Assembly: GCA_963540875.1 (NCBI GenBank)
Contig: CAUTQZ010000006.1
Coordinates: 1,225 to 65,224, forward strand
Source of the DNA: an uncultured Acholeplasmataceae bacterium
GTDB taxonomy: Bacteria > Bacillota_I > Bacilli_A > Acholeplasmatales > Acholeplasmataceae
Direction: 5' to 3'
Length of the DNA: 64,000 nucleotides
Positions 1-7,151 of the stretch are shown piece after piece. Made by a program: the position numbers and the translations under genes. How positions within the stretch are numbered: the stretch's first letter is position 1; each line of letters starts with the position of its first letter. The notes below the pieces were generated by a model. It did no database searches. It saw only the letters and a program-made list of their open reading frames with translations, and had not been told where the DNA came from.

Positions 1-785
1 AAACTTGGGGTTTTTATTACTTTTTTATTTTTAACCTTATAGTTAGTAATGTTTATTAAAGGTATTAGCGTAAATATAATAGTTAATAATCCAAAAATTA
101 ATGCTAAGTATACTAATAGTGTAGTTAAATTAAAGCCATCTATTAAAAAATAATAACCACTATTAAAATAATAAAATAAAGATAATTGATTATCACTTAA
201 CTGAAGTGAATATCTTAGGATTAAAAAATACAAAATAGAAAATAATGCCGTTAATAATACTTTTTTAATTTTATAAAAAAATGGTGATACTTTTGCTAGT
301 ATTAAGATAATATTTTTAAATAATTCAGTACAAAATACTGAAGATGTACAAATTATTATCATACTTAAAATAAAACCTAATAAAAAAAGGAGAGCACTAC
401 TAATTATATAAATAAAAAAAGGAAGCATAAATACTAAGGTACTAATAATACTATCTTTTAAAAGAATAATATTATCAACTAAATGAATTTTATATTTTGA
501 AAAAGAAAATCTTTCTAAAAAAGTGTTTTTTTCTAAGTTTGTTACTAGGAAATTATTCTTTTGTAAAATAAAAAAACTAAGTAAGAAAAATGAAGTTAAA
601 TTATATTCTTTTATATTAGAAATTAAATCATTAAATTTAAACCAAAAACCTAAAGAAAAAATTAGCCCTAATAATAAAATAGCCACATAATCAACATTAA
701 AATATTTTAGGATTATATTATTAGGGTTCTGTCTAAACTTTATTAAAGTTTTATATAAATATTTAAATCTCGTGTTTGTCTGCAT
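1..785 (-). CDS. Multi-pass membrane protein, probable permease partner of the adjacent ABC ATPase (3' end runs off the window)
   Basis: Own minus-strand translation. ATG at 785 (MQTNTRFKYLYKTLIKFRQNPNN...) stays open to position 1 (at least 261 codons, no stop). Hydrophobic stretches include VDYVAILLLGLIFSLGFWF, LVFMLPFFIYIISSALLFLLGFILSMIIICTSSVF, LLTALFSILYFLILRY and LLVYLALIFGLLTIIFTLIPLI. The start overlaps the ATPase 3' end by 23 nt. It is absent from the ORF track because it has no stop inside the window. Confidence 0.6.
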   Translation of the reverse strand, partial: MQTNTRFKYLYKTLIKFRQNPNNIILKYFNVDYVAILLLGLIFSLGFWFKFNDLISNIKEYNLTSFFLLSFFILQKNNFLVTNLEKNTFLERFSFSKYKIHLVDNIILLKDSIISTLVFMLPFFIYIISSALLFLLGFILSMIIICTSSVFCTELFKNIILILAKVSPFFYKIKKVLLTALFSILYFLILRYSLQLSDNQLSLFYYFNSGYYFLIDGFNLTTLLVYLALIFGLLTIIFTLIPLINITNYKVKNKKVIKTPS

Positions 786-1527
786 AAAGATTATTAATTA
801 CTTCATTACTCATAGATTGTTCATTATTAGTTAGATCTAAAAACAGTGCGTTTATATCTTTATTTGTATTTTTTAAATCTCCATCAAAAACTATAGTGCC
901 ATCACTTATAATAACTGCTCTTGTAATTAGTTCATCAAGCATTTTTAGTAAATGTGATGAAATTAAAACTGACCTACCGTTTTGGGCAAATGATTTTAGG
1001 ATGTTAGTAAAAAATAAAATTGCTTTGGTATCAAGTCCATCAAAAGGCTCATCTAAAAGTAAAAGTTTGGGTTTACTAATAAAAGAAGCAATTATAGCTA
1101 ATTTTTGTTTCATTCCTTTAGAATAACTTAATACTTTCTTATCTAAATAGGATGTCATTTCAAAACCATCAATTAATTCTTTTAAATAACTTAGCGCCTC
1201 TTGTGGCTCAATTCCTAATAACCCTGCGTAGTATGTTAAATATTCTTTGCCTGTAAAGGCTTCAAAAATTTCTACATTTTCAGGAACATATCCCACATAA
1301 TTTCTATAGAGTAAACTTTTTTTTATATTAGAATTATTTACTAATATCTCACCATTATATTTTTTTATAAGCGCTAATATGGTTTTAATAATAGTAGTTT
1401 TACCGCTCCCATTAGGACCTAATAAACCAACGATTTCATTTTCATTTATAAAAAAAGAAACTGATTTAACAGCTTCTTCTATACCATATCGAACTATTAA
1501 ATTATTAACAGATACTATTTTGTTAAT
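763..1527 (-). CDS. ABC transporter ATP-binding protein (~254 aa), proposed ATT start
   Basis: The track ORF 763..1296 continues in frame upstream with no stop to 1527. The extension encodes Walker A (LLGPNGSGKTT). Further on are the signature-like YSKGMKQKLAI, Walker B LLLLDEPFDGLD and H-loop SSHLL. The extension has no ATG/GTG/TTG. The first plausible initiator is ATT (1527..1525), which overlaps the upstream peptide stop as TAATT and follows a purine-rich AAGGGTGAAG. Confidence 0.85.
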   Translation of the reverse strand: MNKIVSVNNLIVRYGIEEAVKSVSFFINENEIVGLLGPNGSGKTTIIKTILALIKKYNGEILVNNSNIKKSLLYRNYVGYVPENVEIFEAFTGKEYLTYYAGLLGIEPQEALSYLKELIDGFEMTSYLDKKVLSYSKGMKQKLAIIASFISKPKLLLLDEPFDGLDTKAILFFTNILKSFAQNGRSVLISSHLLKMLDELITRAVIISDGTIVFDGDLKNTNKDINALFLDLTNNEQSMSNEVINNLYADKHEI

Positions 1528-1628
1528 TAGTCTTCACCCTTTATGATACCAATTGCTTCTAAAACAATAGCAATAATTTTTAATATAATGGCAATTACTC
1601 CTAGAACTACAGCAAGCGCTTTTTTCAT
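1527..1628 (-). CDS. 33-aa hydrophobic single-helix peptide MKKALAVVLGVIAIILKIIAIVLEAIGIIKGED
   Basis: Own translation. The ATG at 1628 lies 1 nt after the stop of the preceding 38-aa ORF (TAAAATG). Its TAA overlaps the ATT start of the ABC ATPase. It is too short for the ORF track. Confidence 0.5.
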   Translation of the reverse strand: MKKALAVVLGVIAIILKIIAIVLEAIGIIKGED

Positions 1629-1629
1629 T

Positions 1630-1746
1630 TTATAAACCTAAATAATCAAAAATCATAGAAATTAGTGCTACGATTTTAGACCACAGTCTCCATTTACCGG
1701 TTCCTGTTATTGATTTTAAATGTTGGGTATTTTTTATTTCTTTCAT
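1630..1746 (-). CDS. 38-aa peptide MKEIKNTQHLKSITGTGKWRLWSKIVALISMIFDYLGL
   Basis: Own translation. The ATG at 1746 is preceded by AGAGG 6 nt upstream. The N-half is polar, followed by G-T-G and a Trp-containing amphipathic/hydrophobic C-half. It is the first cistron of the peptide-peptide-ATPase-permease unit. Confidence 0.5.
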   Translation of the reverse strand: MKEIKNTQHLKSITGTGKWRLWSKIVALISMIFDYLGL

Positions 1747-1761
1747 AAAAAGCCTCTAGAA

Positions 1762-1920
1762 GATTTTTGTATTTACGATATTATTTTCTATACTTATTTT
1801 ATCATTTATTCAAGTAATTAGGAAAAATTTTTGCGTATTTAAGCAATTATTTTCTATACCAATTGCATCTTAACGATCAACTAGAAAAAAATTGTGTATT
1901 TACGCATTATTTTTACGATT
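1762..1920. repeat. Three direct copies of a ~30-nt AT-rich motif (core TTG[TC]GTATTTA[CA]G..ATTATTTT) spaced 66 and 61 nt apart
   Basis: Plus-strand copies are ttgtatttacgatattattttctatac (from ~1767), ttgcgtatttaagcaattattttctatac (from ~1831) and ttgtgtatttacgcattatttttacgat (from ~1892). The GTATTTA cores start at 1769, 1835 and 1896. The repeats lie between the sigH-like terminator and the peptide operon. Confidence 0.7.
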
Positions 1921-1933
1921 TAAACTAAGATAA

Positions 1934-1965
1934 GCAAAAAGTAAAAGGACTAGCAAAGCTAGTCC
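1934..1965 (-). terminator. Rho-independent terminator of the sigH-like gene
   Basis: Minus strand reads GGACTAGC-TTT-GCTAGTCC (1965..1947), an 8-bp perfect stem, followed by TTTTACTTTTTGC. The stem abuts the TAG stop. Confidence 0.75.
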
Positions 1966-2492
1966 TAGTTTAACTTCTTCTTGATTCTAAATATTGCGTT
2001 GTATACACTATTTACTTTCATACCTAACTTATGAGCGATAGCACTTATATCTTTATTTTGTTCAAAGTATAATTTATAAACATTATACTCCATTGAAGAC
2101 AAAAGTGATAACTTATCTTCAAGCATTGATGATTGTTCTTCAATAATAAAATCACTTTCTACACTTTTAGGCGATGAATACATCTCATCTATTTCTTCAC
2201 AAACGCTGTATTGATACTCTTTTTTTAATAAAGCCCAATAACGACGCTTTAGAATTAGTTCAAAATATCTAGTAAAGGTTTTATCATATCCGTCTACAAA
2301 AGATATTGCTGCTTTATGAAGACAAATTATTCCTTCTTGAAAATAGTCATCATGACTTCCACTAGGAACATTGTATTGCCTTATATAGCGCCAAATTAGT
2401 TTTTCGTATTTTTTAAATAGGCATTCTAGAGCAATACTATCTTGCTCACTTTGAATTAAGTAAAGAAGTTCATAATCATTACCATAATCCAT
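1965..2492 (-). CDS. sigH: Sigma-70 family sigma factor, SigH/ComX-like (175 aa)
   Basis: Region 2-like DDYFQEGIICLHKAAISF...FTRYFELILKRR and region 4 HTH-like ISAIAHKLGMKVNSVYNAIFRIKKKL. Its position directly after rlmB matches the Firmicutes cysS-(mrnC)-rlmB-(yacP)-sigH synteny. Confidence 0.7.
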   Translation of the reverse strand: MDYGNDYELLYLIQSEQDSIALECLFKKYEKLIWRYIRQYNVPSGSHDDYFQEGIICLHKAAISFVDGYDKTFTRYFELILKRRYWALLKKEYQYSVCEEIDEMYSSPKSVESDFIIEEQSSMLEDKLSLLSSMEYNVYKLYFEQNKDISAIAHKLGMKVNSVYNAIFRIKKKLN

Positions 2493-2507
2493 AGTACCTC
2501 TTAATTA

Positions 2508-3206
2508 TTATTTTTTAAATATTTGATATCCTAGTATGCCAAATGCTACTCCTACATTTAATGATGAGACATTACCATACATTGGAATTTTTACTAAATA
2601 ATCACAATTATCCATCACAAGTTTACGCATCCCTTGACCTTCAGAGCCAACTACCATGGCTATCATATTTTTTTTTGGTAGTTCCCTATAGTCAAGAACT
2701 GCTTTATCACTTGAACCTATAATAGTATATCCTAGTGTTTTAAGATAAATAATTGCTTGATTTATATTAGCAACCTCAATAATTTTAACATATTCTAGTG
2801 CTCCTGAAGCGATTTTTGCACAAATTCCGTTTACTGGGGCTTGATTGTTCTTACTAATTATAACTCCCTTTAAACCAAGTGCATTAGATGTTCTTATTAT
2901 TGATCCTAGGTTTTGGGCATCAGTAATTTGATCAAGGATTACTAAATCGCAGGATGGATATAACGTTAAAAATTCTTTTAAAGCAATACTTTTATAAGGA
3001 GCAATATCTGCAACAACGCCTTGATGAGAGCCATTACTTGTAAGTTTATTTAGTTCATCTTTAGCCACTTGCTGGAAGTATATGTTATTTTGTTTTAAAA
3101 ATAATAAAAATTTAGCATCATTAAATTTTTTATCTAAATACAATTTATAAAACTCATGTTTATTAGCCACACAAGCCTTAATTGCATTTTTTCCATAGAT
3201 AATCAT
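2508..3206 (-). CDS. rlmB: TrmH/SpoU-family 23S rRNA 2'-O-methyltransferase (RlmB-like)
   Basis: SpoU motifs LGSIIRTSNALG and VVGSEGQGMRKL...IPMYGNVSSLNVGVAFGI. Synteny with cysS and sigH. Confidence 0.85.
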   Translation of the reverse strand: MIIYGKNAIKACVANKHEFYKLYLDKKFNDAKFLLFLKQNNIYFQQVAKDELNKLTSNGSHQGVVADIAPYKSIALKEFLTLYPSCDLVILDQITDAQNLGSIIRTSNALGLKGVIISKNNQAPVNGICAKIASGALEYVKIIEVANINQAIIYLKTLGYTIIGSSDKAVLDYRELPKKNMIAMVVGSEGQGMRKLVMDNCDYLVKIPMYGNVSSLNVGVAFGILGYQIFKK

Positions 3207-5848
3207 TATTTATTTTTACGATTATGTTTACTCTTTCTTATTTTTGTCGTAATATTTTTTCTTGTTTTTTTAATAAATGCCGTAGTATTAGATGATATCG
3301 CAATAACTGGGTAGGCAGAAAGGACAATAACAATGGCAAGCATTTTCTCAATAGTAGTAAGTTCTTTACCTTTAGAATAACCAATAGGAATAAATGGTGC
3401 TAACTTGAAAAACTCAGGTACTAGAATAACTGAACCAATAATAGCAGCAACCATTCCTAAAATTAGAATTGTTCTTGGCACGTTAAGTGGTTTACAGATC
3501 TTAATTAAGATAAACATAAAAACTGATATTGCCGCATATAAAATTAGAGTTGATTCTACTGTAGTATCGTTTATTCTTAAGATTTTCTTAAAGGCATAAA
3601 AGATGAAAATACTAATAATCATTGCTAAAGCGCCTGGAAGGGCTGATTTAATAATTTCTGATAAAAAGCGATGTTTTTTAACTATAGCCTCGTTAGTCTC
3701 TAAGGCTAGGAAAAAGGATGGAATACCTACGATAAACCAATCAATTAGTAATAACTGCGATGGTTGGATTGGATAATTAAAAGCTCCCCCAGTACCGATA
3801 ATAAGTTGCAAAATGATTGTTATTAGTGTTAATAAAATAGAAAATACTGTTTTAGTTAAAAAGATAGTGGCAACTTTTTTAATATTGTTAATTACTCTGC
3901 GACCTTCTTTTACAACTTTAGGCATTGAAGCAAAATTTGAGTCTAATAAAATCATATTAGCCACATTTCTTGCCGCCTCAGAACCTGAGGCCATTGCAAT
4001 TGAGGTATCTGCTTCTTTAAGAGCTAGGATATCATTAATACCATCACCAGTCATACCAACAGTTCGTCCCATTTGCTTAAATGATTGGATTAACCATTTT
4101 TTTTGTTCAGGAGTAACACGACCAAATACTGTATAATGTTCTGCTGCTACTCTTACCTCATCTTCAGTCATTTGATGAAGGGAGACATATTTATGAGCAT
4201 TAACAATACCTACTTTTTGAGCAATTCTTGATACTGTAACAGGGTTATCGCCTGATATAACTTTAACTTCAACTCCTGCTTCATTAAAATATTCTAGTGT
4301 CTCTTGGGCGTCTTCACGAATGCCATCATCTAAGATAATTAAAGCAATTGGTTCTGGCGTTTTAGTAAATATTTTATCTTTTATCTTTTCATTAACTTGT
4401 GCTAAAAGAATTACTCTTGAGCCAGCCCTGTATGCTTTTTCAGCTTTATCTTGTACAAGAGAGTATTTTTTTCCTAGTATAAACTCAGGTGCCCCTAATA
4501 AAAAGGTAGCATATTTAGGTAGTTCTACTGCTTGGTATTTTAGCTTAGAATCAAATGGAATCTTAGCAACTGCTTCTACTTCTAATTGGGTTTTAAATCG
4601 TTCATCTAAGGCTTTATCAGTAGCATTGTTTACTCCCATTATTTTAATAATTAGACCAATTGCATCATCAGGAGAAAGAATTGGATTTTCTTTAATGGTA
4701 ATAACTTCAGATACTGACATTGTACCATCAGTAATAGTTCCAGTTTTATCAAGGCATAGAGTATCAACGCGAGCAAGAGTTTCTATACATGATAGTTCTT
4801 GCACTAGTGTTTTATGAAGTGATAATCTTACTACTCCTACTGCTAGCGCCATACTTGTTAATACTACTAGACCAGCAGGAATCATACCAATTAGTGCTCC
4901 TACGGTAGAAATAATTGGCTTAGATAGTGCTTCTCGCTCAAAGTTTACTCCTCTTGTAGATAAATATAAAAGGGCCGCACCTAGAATAACCACAATTACT
5001 CCTAAGATCTTAATTAAAAAGTTAATTGAACCTATTATTTGCGATTTAGGACGGTTATATTTTTTAGCCGCTTGTGAAAGTTGCTCGATATATGTATTTT
5101 CACCAATTAAACAAACCTGACCATAGGCACTACCTGAGACTACAAAAGAACCGGAGTATAAAATAGAACCTTCTTTTTTTAAAATAGCATCCGCTTCGCC
5201 GGTAAGCATTGACTCATTTACTTCAACCGGATACTCGCTTCGCATTACTAGATCGGCTGGGATCTCCATTCCAGGCTTTAGGACAACAATATCATTATAT
5301 ACTAGCTCATTGGGTGCAATTAATTGTTCTTCGCTATTTCTTATAACAGTAACCATTTCCTTACTCTTAAGGGATAATTTATCAATAATAATCTTAGCCT
5401 TAATTTCTTGAATTAAATAGATAAATAAATTAGCAGCCACTGCTAAAAGGAACAAATACTGTGATGGGGCTGCTTTAGCATATATAAGAAGTCCTACCAT
5501 TAAAAGCATTAAAATATTAAAAAAACTAAATATATTTTTAAATAAGATAAAGACAAACTTTTTTGATGATTTAGTACTGGCTTTATTTATTAGTCCTGCT
5601 TTATAACGAGCACTTATTTCTTCACTGCTTAATCCTTTTTTAATATCAGGATTATAGGCACTAATTATTAGTTTTGGTTTTCTTTTGGCTTTTTTCTTTT
5701 CAAACTTAGCCTGTTTTTTTGCTTTTTTTATTTCTTTTTTTACAATCTTTTTATCTTCGCTTTTTTGATTATTAAGCATTTGAGGAGTAATTTTATATAA
5801 ATTACTTGCTTCTTCAATTTTAATATCGATTGGTTTTATTCTACTCAT
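3206..5848 (-). CDS. Cation-transporting P-type (E1-E2) ATPase with a Lys-rich N-terminal extension
   Basis: Phosphorylation motif CLDKTGTITDG, ISGDNPVT, hinge GDGINDILALKEADTSIAM, and multiple TM segments. About 60 N-terminal residues are highly Lys-rich (KKEIKKAKKQAKFEKKKAKRKPK). The TAATG stop/start overlaps rlmB. Confidence 0.9.
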   Translation of the reverse strand: MSRIKPIDIKIEEASNLYKITPQMLNNQKSEDKKIVKKEIKKAKKQAKFEKKKAKRKPKLIISAYNPDIKKGLSSEEISARYKAGLINKASTKSSKKFVFILFKNIFSFFNILMLLMVGLLIYAKAAPSQYLFLLAVAANLFIYLIQEIKAKIIIDKLSLKSKEMVTVIRNSEEQLIAPNELVYNDIVVLKPGMEIPADLVMRSEYPVEVNESMLTGEADAILKKEGSILYSGSFVVSGSAYGQVCLIGENTYIEQLSQAAKKYNRPKSQIIGSINFLIKILGVIVVILGAALLYLSTRGVNFEREALSKPIISTVGALIGMIPAGLVVLTSMALAVGVVRLSLHKTLVQELSCIETLARVDTLCLDKTGTITDGTMSVSEVITIKENPILSPDDAIGLIIKIMGVNNATDKALDERFKTQLEVEAVAKIPFDSKLKYQAVELPKYATFLLGAPEFILGKKYSLVQDKAEKAYRAGSRVILLAQVNEKIKDKIFTKTPEPIALIILDDGIREDAQETLEYFNEAGVEVKVISGDNPVTVSRIAQKVGIVNAHKYVSLHQMTEDEVRVAAEHYTVFGRVTPEQKKWLIQSFKQMGRTVGMTGDGINDILALKEADTSIAMASGSEAARNVANMILLDSNFASMPKVVKEGRRVINNIKKVATIFLTKTVFSILLTLITIILQLIIGTGGAFNYPIQPSQLLLIDWFIVGIPSFFLALETNEAIVKKHRFLSEIIKSALPGALAMIISIFIFYAFKKILRINDTTVESTLILYAAISVFMFILIKICKPLNVPRTILILGMVAAIIGSVILVPEFFKLAPFIPIGYSKGKELTTIEKMLAIVIVLSAYPVIAISSNTTAFIKKTRKNITTKIRKSKHNRKNK

Positions 5849-7151
5849 CTAATGCTCCTTTTGCTATTAAATCTTTTTTAATTTTATCTGCTTGACTATA
5901 ATTTTTTTCATCTTTTGCTTTAAGCCAAGCACTATATAGTCCTACTACCTCATCGCTTGGGTTATACTCAAGTGGGATTCCTATTAAATTAAGCAGGTGA
6001 TTGATGGTATTTAATTTAATGGCTAAAGTAGTTAAGTCTTGTTCTTTATTTATTTCTTTTAAATATTCAAATAGATACGATATCATTAATGCTGTATTAA
6101 AATCATTATCAAGGGTGGCTTTAATTTTATTAATAAAAATAGTATCTAGATTAGAAGTTCTTATATTATTATAGCGAATAATTAAACTTTTACTTTTTAT
6201 TGTTCTCTTTAGTTTTAAATACTCTTTTTCGTATTGCTTGATTAACTCATCAGAATAACTAATTCTAACGCGATACAAGTGAGCATAAATTAAAAGTTTA
6301 AAACTATGTGGGTGATAGATTTTAAATAGTTCTTGGGCTTTAATAATATTACCAAGTGATTTAGACATTTTTTGATTATTAAAATCAAGCATCCCACAAT
6401 AGATAAAATTATTAGCAATCCTATTTTTATTAACTGCAAGATATTGAATATTTTCATTTTCATGATGGGGAAACTTTAAATCCATTCCGCCTCCATGAAT
6501 ATCAATTGTCTGTCCTTTAAAATAATCGCTAATTATAACAGCACACTCAGTATGCCAACCAGGCCGACCACTGCCGTGAGATGAGGGGTATTTGATTCCT
6601 TCGGTTGTATTTTTCCAAAGGGCAAAATCAAGTGCAGACCTCTTATTATCAGTATTATTCTTTAATAACTCTTTAGTATTTTGTTTACTAATACGACCAT
6701 ACTCATTAAGATAATTTTCTACCTTAAAATAAATACTCCCATCACTTACATAGGCGTTATTTGAACTAATTAATTTATCTAAAAAATTATTGATACTATC
6801 AATATAATTAGTCGCTAGTTGATAAGTTATGGGATATTTTATATTTAGCGCCTTTAGTAATTGATAAAAGCCTTCAATATATGTTGCTGCTACTTCTTTT
6901 TCACTTTTATTTTCACTAATGGCTTTTTTTATTATTTTATCATCGATATCAGTTATATTAGAGATAAAATTTAGCCTAAGGCCAAGATATTCAAAATATC
7001 TTGCTAAAAGATCAAAAATAATAACTGATCTCATATTACCAATATGCAGATCATCATATACCGTAGGACCACATAAGTAAATAGAAACTTCATTATTTTT
7101 GATAAGTTTTAACTCTTCAATTTTCTCGCTAATCGGATTATAAATTTTCAT
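5841..7151 (-). CDS. cysS: Cysteine--tRNA ligase
   Basis: Class I motifs CGPTVYDDLHIGN (HIGH) and KMSKSLGN (KMSKS), plus a GRPGWHTEC zinc/cysteine-binding region. Confidence 0.95.
   Translation of the reverse strand: MKIYNPISEKIEELKLIKNNEVSIYLCGPTVYDDLHIGNMRSVIIFDLLARYFEYLGLRLNFISNITDIDDKIIKKAISENKSEKEVAATYIEGFYQLLKALNIKYPITYQLATNYIDSINNFLDKLISSNNAYVSDGSIYFKVENYLNEYGRISKQNTKELLKNNTDNKRSALDFALWKNTTEGIKYPSSHGSGRPGWHTECAVIISDYFKGQTIDIHGGGMDLKFPHHENENIQYLAVNKNRIANNFIYCGMLDFNNQKMSKSLGNIIKAQELFKIYHPHSFKLLIYAHLYRVRISYSDELIKQYEKEYLKLKRTIKSKSLIIRYNNIRTSNLDTIFINKIKATLDNDFNTALMISYLFEYLKEINKEQDLTTLAIKLNTINHLLNLIGIPLEYNPSDEVVGLYSAWLKAKDEKNYSQADKIKKDLIAKGALDE

Noticed and set aside
1762-1925. Streptococcal ComX com-box (TACGAATA) resemblance in the triple repeat next to the SigH/ComX-like gene
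   Set aside because: The best matches (TACGATAT, TACGATTT) agree only in the first five bases and lie on the strand with no downstream gene. This is too weak to call.
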